Shown: piece by piece, positions 39,419 through 49,158 of the stretch
Layout of the letters: every line of letters starts with the position of its first letter
Numbering within the stretch: the first letter of the stretch is position 1
Assembly: GCA_002314915.1 (NCBI GenBank)
Contig: DCHU01000041.1
Span: 1 to 59,775 of the forward strand
Length of the DNA: 59,775 nucleotides
Reading direction: 5' to 3'
From: Bacillales bacterium UBA1744
Lineage (GTDB): Bacteria > Bacillota_I > Bacilli_A > RFN20 > CAG-826
Translations under genes and position numbers: made by a program
The notes under the pieces: model-generated
The model's database searches: none
Seen by the model: the letters and a program-made list of their open reading frames with translations, nothing else
What the model was told of the DNA's origin: nothing

Positions 39419-41149
39419 ATGTTAAGAAACAAGTATAACGGAGAGCTTCGACTTGAGAACGTCGGAGAAAAAGTTGAACTCGTCGGCTGGGTTTCAACAA
39501 GAAGAAACTTAGGCGCTATCGAATTCATCGACTTAAGAGACAACACAGGCATCGTCCAGTTAACGGTCCAGGACTCATCAAAAGTCCCAGATGTCAGAAC
39601 CGAATACGTCATCCACGTAACAGGAACAGTCGCAAAGAAAGAAGTTCCAAACAAGAAGATCCCAACCGGTGACGTCGAAGTCATCGTTGAGTCATTAGAG
39701 GTCATCAACAAGTCAGAGACAACCCCATTCATCATCGCAGACAAGACCGATGCTCTTGAGGACACAAGACTCACTTACAGATACCTCGACCTCAGACGTC
39801 CTTGCATGCTCAACAACTTAAGAACAAGAGCAAAGATCGTCAAAATCACCCACGAATACCTTGATGACAACCGTTTCTTAGAGGTTGAAACTCCAATCCT
39901 TAACCTCGCAACCCCAGAAGGTGCAAGAGACTACATCGTCCCATCAAGATTACATCACGGCTCATTCTACGCTCTCCCGCAGTCACCTCAGCTCTTTAAG
40001 CAGCTCTTGATGATCGGCGGCGTCGAAAGATACTACCAGATCGCAAAGTGCTTCAGAGACGAAGACTTAAGAGCAGACCGTCAGCCTGAATTCACCCAGA
40101 TCGACGTCGAGACATCATTCCTCAACCAGGATGAGGTTCTTGAACTCGCCGAGGGAATGTTAAAGAGATATTTCAAAGAAATCGTCAACTACGACATCCA
40201 GTTACCTCTCAGAAGAATGGATTTCTGGGAAGCAATGGACCGCTTCGGAAGCGATAAGCCAGACACACGTTATGGTTTAGAGCTCCACGATATCACTGAT
40301 ATCATGAAAAAGTGCGATTTCGAGGGATTTAAGACAGTTAACTATGTTAAGTGCTTAGTTATCCCAGGAAAAGGCAAAGAGACCTCCAGAAAGAAAATGG
40401 ACGAACTTCAGTTAGAAGCTAACAAGTTCCACATCAAGCCTTTAATGAACATGAAGATTGAGAACGGCGCGCTCGTCGGCTCATTCACCAAGTTCTTATC
40501 CGAGGACATCAAGGCAGAGTTAATCGCTAACCTTGAGCTCAAAGAAGATGACCTCGTATTATTCTGCTCGCAGAACAACAGACGTTGGATCGACTTCGGA
40601 CTCGGCGCAATCAGAACAAAGTTCGCCAAAGAGATGGGTCTCATCCAGCCAAATACATATGACTTGCTCTGGATCATCAACTTCCCAATGTTCGAGAAGA
40701 TTGAAGAGACAGGCTTATACTCAGCTGAACACCATCCATTCACACGTCCACGCGATGAGGACCTCCATTACTTAGACGAGGACCCAGAGAAGGTACTCGC
40801 TTATGCATATGACATTGTCATCAACGGATATGAAGCCGGCGGTGGCACAATGAGAATCTATGACCACGACACCCAGTGGAAGATCTTCAACCTCCTCGGA
40901 TTATCAGACGAGGACGTCGCAAGAAAATTCGGATGGTTCGTCGACGCATTCAAGTATGGCGTACCTCCACACGCAGGATTCGCTCTCGGCTTAGAGAGAC
41001 TCACAATGATTCTTTGCGGAACTGACAACATCAGAGATGTTATGGCCTTCCCTAAGAACCTCCAGGCAGTCGACCCAATGAGCAAAGCTCCAGGCACATG
41101 CTCAGATGAAGCGCTCGATGCAGTCGGCATCCAAATCAAAGCCGAATAA
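39419..41149 (+). CDS. aspS: Aspartate--tRNA ligase
   Basis: OB anticodon-binding N-terminus. Class II motifs FRDEDLRADRQPEFTQ and GGGTMRIYD, GFALGLERL. hisS-aspS synteny. Confidence 0.95.
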   Translation: MLRNKYNGELRLENVGEKVELVGWVSTRRNLGAIEFIDLRDNTGIVQLTVQDSSKVPDVRTEYVIHVTGTVAKKEVPNKKIPTGDVEVIVESLEVINKSETTPFIIADKTDALEDTRLTYRYLDLRRPCMLNNLRTRAKIVKITHEYLDDNRFLEVETPILNLATPEGARDYIVPSRLHHGSFYALPQSPQLFKQLLMIGGVERYYQIAKCFRDEDLRADRQPEFTQIDVETSFLNQDEVLELAEGMLKRYFKEIVNYDIQLPLRRMDFWEAMDRFGSDKPDTRYGLELHDITDIMKKCDFEGFKTVNYVKCLVIPGKGKETSRKKMDELQLEANKFHIKPLMNMKIENGALVGSFTKFLSEDIKAELIANLELKEDDLVLFCSQNNRRWIDFGLGAIRTKFAKEMGLIQPNTYDLLWIINFPMFEKIEETGLYSAEHHPFTRPRDEDLHYLDEDPEKVLAYAYDIVINGYEAGGGTMRIYDHDTQWKIFNLLGLSDEDVARKFGWFVDAFKYGVPPHAGFALGLERLTMILCGTDNIRDVMAFPKNLQAVDPMSKAPGTCSDEALDAVGIQIKAE

Positions 41150-41271
41150 GCAAGTTGTCAAGATTGTCTATCAAATAATGATAGATACTCCTTACGATTT
41201 GAAAGAAAAAGCAGACAATTAATGCGAACGTGCTAATCACGTGCAATTCAATAACACAACAGGAGCAAAAC

Positions 41272-43242
41272 ATGGAAATCAAGCCAATTGACAGATTATC
41301 TGTCGCCACGATCAGATCCTTATTAATCGATATGATCAACAAGTCTAACAGCGGCCACCCAGGCATGGCATTAGACATCACACCAGCAATGTATGTTCTC
41401 TATAAGAACCACATCGTTGCAGACCCTAAGAACCCAAATTGGGTTAACAGAGACAGATTCGTTCTCTCAAGCGGTCACACATGCGCTCTTTTATACTCAA
41501 TGCTTCACGTCACCGGCTACAAAGTCACAATGGATGATTTGAAGAACTTCAGACAGTTACACTCAAAGACTCCAGGCCACCCAGAAGTCGGATGGACAGA
41601 CGGAGTTGATGCATCAGCAGGCCCATTAGGACAGGGCATCGGCCAGGCTGTCGGTATGGCTATGGCAGAAGCAGGCATCGCAGCATCATATCCAAATGGC
41701 GCTGAGGTCATGAATCACTACACATACTGCTTATGCGGTGACGGATGCTTAGAAGAAGGCATCTCACAGGAATGCATCTCATTCGCTGGACTCCAGAAAC
41801 TCAATAAATTAATCCTCATCTATGATGAGAACGTATCTACACTCGACGGACCAACATCAAATTCCATGAATGATGACGTCGCGATGAGATTCAAATCCGT
41901 TCACTGGAATGTCATCGATGTTCCAAACGGCGAAGATATGGCTGCAATCGACGATGCAATCGTTGAGGCTAAGAAATCAACAGACGCTCCAACAGTCATC
42001 ATCCTCCACACAAAGATCGGATACGGAACAGCGCTCGAAGGCAAAAATAAGTGCCACGGTTCTCCTTTAGGAAAAGAAATCGGCGACGCAGCTAAGGCAA
42101 ACTATGGTTTCGTTGAACCAGAGTTCACCGTTCCAGCTGAAGTCTACGACAACATGGAAGACACATTTGCCGCAAGAGGCGCAGAAGCCTATGCCGCATA
42201 TGTCGAGAAGAGAGCAACATGGGAAAAAGCAAACCCAGAAGCAGCTGTCACACTCAAAAACGCATTCGCACGTAACGTCGCTCCATATATCGCTAAGTTA
42301 GACGAAATCGAGCCAGAGGTTAACCAGGCAACAAGAAACGTTTCCGGTAAGGTCGTTGCAAAAGTCGCTGAAGCAATCCCATTCACACTCGGTGGATCAG
42401 CAGACGTCGCAGCATCAGTTAAGACCGAAATCAAGGGTGATCCAGGATTCGGTCCAGCAACAAGAAACGCAAGAAACGTCAACTACGGAATCAGAGAATT
42501 CGGTATGGCTACCATTAATAATGGTATCCTCCTCCACGGCGGTTACATCACATATGGCGGATCATTCCTCGTCTTCGCAGACTACTTCAAGAATGCAATC
42601 CGTATGGCTGCTATCCAGCACCTCCCAGAAATCTTCCTCCTCTCACACGACTCAGTCGCAGTTGGAGAAGATGGACCAACACACGAGCCAATCGAACAGC
42701 TCGCTTCATTAAGAACTACTCCAAACGTCCGTGTCTATAGACCATGCGACTCAAGAGAGACAATCGCTTCATGGAAGTGCGCACTCGAAGAGAAGAGCCA
42801 TGTCTCATGTCTCATCCTCTCCCGTCAGAACCTCCCATTGAACGAGAACTCAAGCGAAGCAGGCGTCAGAAAAGGCGGATATACAGTCTTAGAGAACGAG
42901 AACGCAAACGTTGAGTTAATCGCAGCTGGTTCAGAAGTCGGATTAGCAGTCGCAATCAAACCTATTCTCGAAGAGAATGGCTACAAGGTTAAGATCGTCT
43001 CAATGCCTTGCTGCGAAATCTTCGACGAGCAGGATAAGGCATATAAGGACTCAGTCCTCAACCTCCCACGTGCAAAGCGTGTCGCAATCGAAATGGCACA
43101 CGGCGCAACATGGTACAAGTATGCTGACCACGTCATCTCCTATGACCAGTATGGTGTCTCCGCTCCAGCAAATAAAGCAATCGAGGCCATCGGATTCACA
43201 GCAGACAAGATCGCTGCCCGTGTCTTAGAAGAACTCAAATAA
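41272..43242 (+). CDS. tkt: Transketolase
   Basis: ATG at 41272 after AGGAG (41261-41265). ThDP motif GHPG, GDGCLEEGIS, and transketolase signature 2 region. Confidence 0.95.
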   Translation: MEIKPIDRLSVATIRSLLIDMINKSNSGHPGMALDITPAMYVLYKNHIVADPKNPNWVNRDRFVLSSGHTCALLYSMLHVTGYKVTMDDLKNFRQLHSKTPGHPEVGWTDGVDASAGPLGQGIGQAVGMAMAEAGIAASYPNGAEVMNHYTYCLCGDGCLEEGISQECISFAGLQKLNKLILIYDENVSTLDGPTSNSMNDDVAMRFKSVHWNVIDVPNGEDMAAIDDAIVEAKKSTDAPTVIILHTKIGYGTALEGKNKCHGSPLGKEIGDAAKANYGFVEPEFTVPAEVYDNMEDTFAARGAEAYAAYVEKRATWEKANPEAAVTLKNAFARNVAPYIAKLDEIEPEVNQATRNVSGKVVAKVAEAIPFTLGGSADVAASVKTEIKGDPGFGPATRNARNVNYGIREFGMATINNGILLHGGYITYGGSFLVFADYFKNAIRMAAIQHLPEIFLLSHDSVAVGEDGPTHEPIEQLASLRTTPNVRVYRPCDSRETIASWKCALEEKSHVSCLILSRQNLPLNENSSEAGVRKGGYTVLENENANVELIAAGSEVGLAVAIKPILEENGYKVKIVSMPCCEIFDEQDKAYKDSVLNLPRAKRVAIEMAHGATWYKYADHVISYDQYGVSAPANKAIEAIGFTADKIAARVLEELK

Positions 43243-43277
43243 TTGATTTATTTAAAAAATCAAATACAATTACAGCT

Positions 43278-43622
43278 ATGGACGCAAATTACTATTATCT
43301 CAACAACTTCAAAAATAACGGATACATGGGTATTTCACGTCGCTGTTTCGAGGAGATAGCGACAATCGCCACTAACTCCATCTCAGACGTTAACGTCAAA
43401 CGTAAGGGCAAAGGCTTATTCGCACTCGCAAACCCTGTTACGACAACATTCCGTAAGGATGGCAAAGTCGACATCACAATCGACGTTGCAATCTCCAAGA
43501 AGACAAATGCCAATATGAAAGACATCTGTCTCAAGATTCAGGAAAGTGTCGCCAGCAGCATCGCGATGATGTGTGAGGCAGTCCCATTCAAAATCAACGT
43601 ACACGTCTCATCCGTATATTAA
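43278..43622 (+). CDS. Asp23/Gls24 family envelope-stress protein (YqhY-like)
   Basis: 114 aa. The position immediately upstream of nusB matches Bacillus yqhY-nusB synteny. GISRRCFEEIA-type N-terminus. Confidence 0.7.
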   Translation: MDANYYYLNNFKNNGYMGISRRCFEEIATIATNSISDVNVKRKGKGLFALANPVTTTFRKDGKVDITIDVAISKKTNANMKDICLKIQESVASSIAMMCEAVPFKINVHVSSVY

Positions 43623-43640
43623 TTATTAATATAAAGATAT

Positions 43641-43669
43641 AACCCGGCTCAAACGCTGGGTTTTCTTTT
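43641..43669 (+). terminator. Rho-independent terminator after the asp23-like gene
   Basis: AACCCGG / CTGGGTT stem (one G-U pair), 8-nt loop, TTTTCTTTT. Confidence 0.6.
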
Positions 43670-43796
43670 ATGCATAAATACTCAGCAAAATGGGTGTTAG
43701 CCGTGAAAACGCTTAATTCAGTAGTTTTATATGCCACTTTCAATATCTTTATGCTAAACTAATGCCGGCCTGAGTAATACTCAGCAATATTGATCT

Positions 43797-44231
43797 ATGG
43801 AAAATACACGCGAAATGACAAGAAACCAAACACAGAAGATAGCAGTCTTTGCTGTCTACGATGTCTTGACTTACGTCTCGATGGGATGGGAAGTTGATAT
43901 CGAAGATATCATTTCTGGTTTAGCGGAAAGACCATACGAAGAATGCGACAACTATTTAAAGAAGGTTGTCCTCGAATCAATTAAGCATATTAACGAGATA
44001 ATTCCTGTATATAACGCCAACATGAAGAAGTGGACTTTTGATCGTCTCAACAGAGTCGAGCAGGCCGTTTTACTTGTCGCTTATGCACAGTTCCATTACG
44101 TTGAAACAGATATCGATAAGAGAATCGTCATCGATGTCGCAATCAAACACGCTAAGACATATTGCGATCCATTAAAGGATTTCAAGTTCGTCAACGCTAT
44201 TCTCGATAAGGTGCTCATCCGTGCAGAATAA
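43797..44231 (+). CDS. nusB: Transcription antitermination factor NusB
   Basis: About 144 aa helical protein. The call rests mainly on asp23-nusB-xseA-xseB synteny. Sequence-level support is moderate. Confidence 0.8.
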   Translation: MENTREMTRNQTQKIAVFAVYDVLTYVSMGWEVDIEDIISGLAERPYEECDNYLKKVVLESIKHINEIIPVYNANMKKWTFDRLNRVEQAVLLVAYAQFHYVETDIDKRIVIDVAIKHAKTYCDPLKDFKFVNAILDKVLIRAE

Positions 44232-45414
44232 AGACAATTTCGTATCGGTCAAAGAGCTGAACGAAGCCATCAAAGACAAATTAGAGGGTGACTTCACCCT
44301 AAGAAACCTCACCGTCAGAGGCGAAATCTCCAACTGGAAGATTTATCGCTCGGGTGTGTTTTTTGATTTAAAGGACGATGAGTCGGTTATTTCCTGCACA
44401 ATGTGGGGTAATTCCCTATATGGCCTCAAGTTCGACCCAAAAGAGGGGGATGAGGTACTTGCAACCGGTTCGGTTACTGTATACGCACCAAGAGGCCGCT
44501 ACTCTTTTAGAGTAGATAAAATGGAGCAATATGGCAAAGGCAACCTATTACTCGAATTGGAAAAACTTAAAAGAAAACTGTATGAAGAGGGTTTATTTGA
44601 TGAATCCCGCAAGCGCGAGATACCTAGATTCCCTCAAAATATCGGAATAATCGTGGGTAAAGATTCGGCGGCAGAAGCTGATTTGAGACGCAATATCGCA
44701 AGACGTTGGCCATTAGTTAACCTCCATATCTATTACTCATTAGTGCAGGGTGATGATGCTCCAGTTGACTTATTGAGGGCATTTAACCTTGCTCAAGAAG
44801 CGAATCTAGATACCCTGATTATCGCCCGTGGCGGTGGTTCAATTGAGGATTTATGGTGCTTCAACGATGAGACTTTGGTTAGAGCAGTGGCTAAATCCAA
44901 GATGCCAGTCATCTCTGCAATCGGTCATGAAATAGACTTCACCCTTATCGATTTCGTTTCTGATAAGAGGGTATCAACCCCAACGGCAGCGGCGGAACTC
45001 GCAACCCCAAACATCGAGGAAGTCCAATCATTCTTGATGGATATGGAAGAGAGACTGCAAGAAGGAATAGAAGATTACCTCGATGATTTAAGACTCAAGG
45101 TCAAGAATCTCGCTGAGCGTCCATTCTTCATAAATCCGGCTTCCCAATATTTGAAAGCAAAAGTGGAAGTGGATAACTACAACACGAGACTTGATAATGG
45201 AATCAAGGTATTAATTGACAAAAAACGGAATAGCATTAACACTCTAGAAAAAGAGTTGGATGCACTCAATCCATATAAGGTTTTATCTAGAGGATACTCA
45301 CTCACAGAAACCGAAGATGGCAAGGTTGTTAAGTCCATAAAAGACGTTAAGCCAGGACAGAAGATCAAGACAAAAATGAAAGACGGAATAGTCGTCTCAA
45401 CAGTTGATAAATAA
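44221..45414 (+). CDS. xseA: Exodeoxyribonuclease VII large subunit
   Basis: N-terminal OB fold (VRGEISNWK), catalytic core IIARGGGSIEDLW, C-terminal coiled coil. GTG start overlaps the nusB end. Confidence 0.9.
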   Translation: MQNKDNFVSVKELNEAIKDKLEGDFTLRNLTVRGEISNWKIYRSGVFFDLKDDESVISCTMWGNSLYGLKFDPKEGDEVLATGSVTVYAPRGRYSFRVDKMEQYGKGNLLLELEKLKRKLYEEGLFDESRKREIPRFPQNIGIIVGKDSAAEADLRRNIARRWPLVNLHIYYSLVQGDDAPVDLLRAFNLAQEANLDTLIIARGGGSIEDLWCFNDETLVRAVAKSKMPVISAIGHEIDFTLIDFVSDKRVSTPTAAAELATPNIEEVQSFLMDMEERLQEGIEDYLDDLRLKVKNLAERPFFINPASQYLKAKVEVDNYNTRLDNGIKVLIDKKRNSINTLEKELDALNPYKVLSRGYSLTETEDGKVVKSIKDVKPGQKIKTKMKDGIVVSTVDK

Positions 45415-45425
45415 GGAGAACTAAG

Positions 45426-45620
45426 ATGGAAGAAAACAAGGAAATGTCATTCGAATGCAAGCTCGCTAGACTTCAGGAAATCGTCAGAAGTGTAGAGGGT
45501 GGCACACTCTCAATCGATGAGTCCATGAAACTCTATGAAGAGGGCAAGAAACTCATCAAAGAACTCAACGAAACACTCGATGAAGCTACTAAAACAGTGG
45601 CAGAAGTGGTTGCTGAGTAA
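45426..45620 (+). CDS. xseB: Exodeoxyribonuclease VII small subunit
   Basis: 64 aa helical hairpin, FECKLARLQEIV...LEESMKLYEEG-type motif. RBS AAGGAGAA upstream. Confidence 0.85.
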   Translation: MEENKEMSFECKLARLQEIVRSVEGGTLSIDESMKLYEEGKKLIKELNETLDEATKTVAEVVAE

Positions 45621-45711
45621 GTAGAGAATTAGTACTTTTGTAGTCGTTTCACGGAATTGATTAGTTGCGATAATAACTAACTTTCCTAAATTTGTGAAAC
45701 TAAAAGCATTT

Positions 45712-45748
45712 AAGTGGTTTATCAAAAATGGTGACCACTTTTTGTTTT
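45712..45748 (+). terminator. Rho-independent terminator after xseB
   Basis: AAGTGGT (45712-45718) pairs with ACCACTT (45734-45740), followed by TTTTGTTTT. Confidence 0.65.
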
Positions 45749-45776
45749 ACCCCTTCCAAATGTCTCTTAAGATGAT

Positions 45777-45805
45777 TTGTTAACATAATATTTAAGGAGT
45801 ATAAT
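45777..45805 (+). promoter_or_regulatory. Candidate sigma-A promoter for dinB
   Basis: TTGTTA (45777-45782), 17-nt spacer, TATAAT (45800-45805). The ATG lies only 6 nt downstream. Confidence 0.5.
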
Positions 45806-45811
45806 TGGCTT

Positions 45812-47005
45812 ATGAGCAAAATTATCATGCACATAGACCTCAATGCATTCTTTGCAACAGCCGAGGAAATTCGTGACCCATCATTGGTTGGAAAGCCAGT
45901 TATCGTGGGCGGACACGGATCTCGTTCGGTCGTTTCAACATGCAACTACGAGGCACGTAAATACGGTGTGCATTCCGCTATGCCAATCTACCAGGCAAGA
46001 CAACTCTGTCCAAATGGCGTTTACCTTGACGGTGACTATCATTATTACTCGATGCTCTCTCGTTCGTTCTTCGCGTATCTATCTAAATATTCAAGCGTAA
46101 TAGAGAAGGCTTCTATTGACGAAGGTTTTGTTGATATGACAAAAGCCTTAAAAGGAGTGGAAGATCCTGTTGCGTATCTCACTGATTTGCAAAATGGATT
46201 ACTCGAACAAATCGGGCTCAAGTGCTCTATCGGCATTGCTCCAACCAAATTCTTAGCCAAGATGGCAAGCGACATGAAGAAGCCGATGGGACTAACAATC
46301 ATCAGAAGAAGAGACATCAAGAAGATGCTATACCCACTCCCGATTGAAGACTTTTTCGGAATTGGAAAGAAGACATCGCCTCGCCTGAGAGCCATTGGCG
46401 TCGCTACCATTGGCGACCTTGCCAAGAAGATTGAAGAGAAGGATCCAGTCATCGAGAGAATGCTCGGTGATCGACTATCGACAGTTGACGAATGGATACA
46501 CGGATACGGCAGCGATGTCGTCGATACAGAGCCTTGGGATCCTAAGTCATGTGGTCATGCAGAAACATTCGCATATGACACAGACGATATGGATGAAGTG
46601 GAGTTAAAACTCTCTGAACTCGCAAAATGGGTATCTCAGGACTGCAAAAAAGACGGCAAAAAAGGTAAGACTGTCCAGCTAGTGGTCAAAGATTCGGGGT
46701 TTAAGAGCCACAATAAATCGGTTTCCCTACGGGAACCTTCAAATGAATTCGAGGTTATCTATAACACCGCGGTCGATTTATACGAGAAATACTATTCCAA
46801 GACGATGGTTAGACTAATCGGGGTCACTCTTCAGAATTTGATCAACCCAAAAGATGAGGATATCCAAATGAGTCTCTTCAATTATGAGGAATATGAGAAA
46901 GAAGACGAGACGAGACTTCTCATCAATGACTTAAATAGAAAGATGAAGAAGACTGCGCTCGTGCGTGCAAAGGAGGTTAAGAAAGATGGCAATAGACATA
47001 AGTGA
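45812..47005 (+). CDS. dinB: DNA polymerase IV (Y-family)
   Basis: IMHIDLNAFFA N-terminus, SIDEGF catalytic motif, and little-finger region. Confidence 0.9.
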   Translation: MSKIIMHIDLNAFFATAEEIRDPSLVGKPVIVGGHGSRSVVSTCNYEARKYGVHSAMPIYQARQLCPNGVYLDGDYHYYSMLSRSFFAYLSKYSSVIEKASIDEGFVDMTKALKGVEDPVAYLTDLQNGLLEQIGLKCSIGIAPTKFLAKMASDMKKPMGLTIIRRRDIKKMLYPLPIEDFFGIGKKTSPRLRAIGVATIGDLAKKIEEKDPVIERMLGDRLSTVDEWIHGYGSDVVDTEPWDPKSCGHAETFAYDTDDMDEVELKLSELAKWVSQDCKKDGKKGKTVQLVVKDSGFKSHNKSVSLREPSNEFEVIYNTAVDLYEKYYSKTMVRLIGVTLQNLINPKDEDIQMSLFNYEEYEKEDETRLLINDLNRKMKKTALVRAKEVKKDGNRHK

Positions 47006-47873
47006 TGCAATTGATTTGTTCTTTCAGCACCTCGTTGTCGAAAAAAGCGTGGAGAAGACCACAATCGCAAATTACGCTGAAGACCTCAAGATGTTCTTTA
47101 AAATGCGTCCAGATGCCCAAACAACTGATGATTTATACGCTAGAGACATAGAAGACTACATCAAATTCGCAGATGGACAAGGATTGGCAACATCCACAAT
47201 CCTTAGACGTATCAGCGCCATCCGCAGTTTCTACGTTTTCTTATCGGGCGAAGGCTATATCACCGAGGAGATAAAGAAATTCGATTCACCAAAGATGCCA
47301 AAGAGACTTCCAACGGTCTTGACGATTGAAGAAGTGGAGACTCTATTAGAGATGCCAGACATCACAAGCGATTCTGGAACGAGAGATAGAGCCATGCTTG
47401 AAATCATGTACGCTACGGGCCTTCGTGTATCTGAATTATGTGAATTGAAAATGGGCGAGGTTAACTTCCAATCCCGAATCATTACCATTATTGGCAAAGG
47501 CAATAAACAGAGAAGCGTGCCTGTATCCGATTTCGCGTTGCAGTATTTGGGCAATTATGTCCATTTAGTTAGAAGACGTAATCCAGGAAGGGATACAAAG
47601 TATGTATTCCTCAATAGAGAGGGAAAACCAATCTCCCGCCAATACTTCTTCAAACAAGTTAAGAAATACGCTGCAATGGCCGGAATCGATGCTGAAATAT
47701 CGCCTCACACATTAAGGCATTGCTTCGCAACTCACCTACTTGAGCAAGGTGCCGAGCTTAGAGCGGTCCAGGAAATGCTTGGACATACCAATCTAGCGAC
47801 CACACAAATCTATACCGAAGTATCTACAAAACGTATTACAAGTGCTTATGATTTGTTAATGGGAAGAAAATAG
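46986..47873 (+). CDS. xerD: Tyrosine recombinase XerD-type
   Basis: ATG at 46986 after the AAGGAGG RBS (overlaps the dinB 3' end). RDRAMLEIMYATGLRVSEL, GKGNKQR, HTLRHCFATHLL, LGHTNLATTQIYTEV. The SRQYFFKQVKKYA segment resembles E. coli XerD more than XerC, compared from memory. Confidence 0.85.
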   Translation: MAIDISDAIDLFFQHLVVEKSVEKTTIANYAEDLKMFFKMRPDAQTTDDLYARDIEDYIKFADGQGLATSTILRRISAIRSFYVFLSGEGYITEEIKKFDSPKMPKRLPTVLTIEEVETLLEMPDITSDSGTRDRAMLEIMYATGLRVSELCELKMGEVNFQSRIITIIGKGNKQRSVPVSDFALQYLGNYVHLVRRRNPGRDTKYVFLNREGKPISRQYFFKQVKKYAAMAGIDAEISPHTLRHCFATHLLEQGAELRAVQEMLGHTNLATTQIYTEVSTKRITSAYDLLMGRK

Positions 47874-47914
47874 ACTAATATATAGGGCGTTATAAATAAC
47901 GCAGGGTTATTTTT

Positions 47915-49117
47915 ATGAATTACAAGAAATACAAGAGAGTATTCCTCATTGTTGCAGACTCAGCAGGCATCGGCGAAGAACCGGATGCAGCTCTTTTCGA
48001 TGATGTAGGAACAAATACATGGGCTCATACAGCTGAGGCTGTTGGTGGTCTCGATGTTCCAGTTATGGAATCCATGGGTATTGGCGAGCTTGCCGATATC
48101 AAAGGCGTCAAACCGGTTCACGATCATCCAAACGCTTTCTCTATGAGATTGCGTGAGATGTCCAATGGCAAAGACACAATGACAGGTCACTGGGAAATGA
48201 TGGGCGTTTACACAACAAAACCATTCGTCACATTCACCGATACAGGATTCCCTAAAGAACTCATGGATGAGCTTGAGGCAAGAACTGGTCATAAGTTAAT
48301 CGGTAACTATTCATCCAGCGGAACTGAGATTCTCGTTAAGTTGGGCGAAGAGCAGAAGAGAGATAATTCTCTTATCGTTTATACATCTGCAGATTCGGTT
48401 CTCCAAATTGCCGCTCACGAAGAAACAACCGGCGTTAAAGAACTCTATAGATGCTGCGAAATCGCTAGAGAGATTTGCATGAAGCCTGAATGGTATCTTG
48501 GACGAATTATCGCTAGACCATTCGTCGGCGAGGACAAGAACTCATTCAAGAGAACACCTAATAGACACGACTACGCATTATCCCCATCTGTCAAAACCGA
48601 TATGGATATCTTAAAGGACAACGGATACATGACATCATGCGTTGGTAAGATTTCAGATATCTTCAATGGCGCAGGCGTCACAAAGACAGTCAAGACAGTC
48701 TCCAATATGGATGGCATGGATAAGACAATCGAGCAGGTCAAGAATGACGAGTGGACCGGAATGTGTTTCGTAAACCTCGTCGAGTTCGACTCCGAATACG
48801 GACACAGAAGAAATCCTCAAGGCTACGCAAAGGCGTTAGAGGAATTCGATGTGAGACTCGGCGAACTCATCAAGGTTATGAGAGAAGATGATGTCCTCAT
48901 GATTACAGCTGACCACGGAAACGATCCAACCTATAAAGGAACTGACCATACAAGAGAGAAGGTTCCATTCCTCGTTTATTCTCCATCAATCAAGAACGGT
49001 AAGTATCTTGAGGAAGGCGCAAGCTTCGGAGACATCGGCGCGACAATCCTTGATAACTTTGGATTAGCAGTGGAGTCACCGCTCATCGGTTCGATCATCA
49101 AAGAAATCAACGAGTAA
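47915..49117 (+). CDS. deoB: Phosphopentomutase
   Basis: Motifs DSAGIGE, DTMTGHWEMMG, TADHGNDPT. Confidence 0.93.
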   Translation: MNYKKYKRVFLIVADSAGIGEEPDAALFDDVGTNTWAHTAEAVGGLDVPVMESMGIGELADIKGVKPVHDHPNAFSMRLREMSNGKDTMTGHWEMMGVYTTKPFVTFTDTGFPKELMDELEARTGHKLIGNYSSSGTEILVKLGEEQKRDNSLIVYTSADSVLQIAAHEETTGVKELYRCCEIAREICMKPEWYLGRIIARPFVGEDKNSFKRTPNRHDYALSPSVKTDMDILKDNGYMTSCVGKISDIFNGAGVTKTVKTVSNMDGMDKTIEQVKNDEWTGMCFVNLVEFDSEYGHRRNPQGYAKALEEFDVRLGELIKVMREDDVLMITADHGNDPTYKGTDHTREKVPFLVYSPSIKNGKYLEEGASFGDIGATILDNFGLAVESPLIGSIIKEINE

Positions 49118-49128
49118 CCAATTACATT

Positions 49129-49158
49129 GAGACAGGCGTAAATGCTTGTCTTTTTTTA
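49129..49158 (+). terminator. Rho-independent terminator after deoB
   Basis: GAGACAGGC-GTAAAT-GCTTGTCTT hairpin (G-U wobbles) followed by TTTTTTT. Confidence 0.8.
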
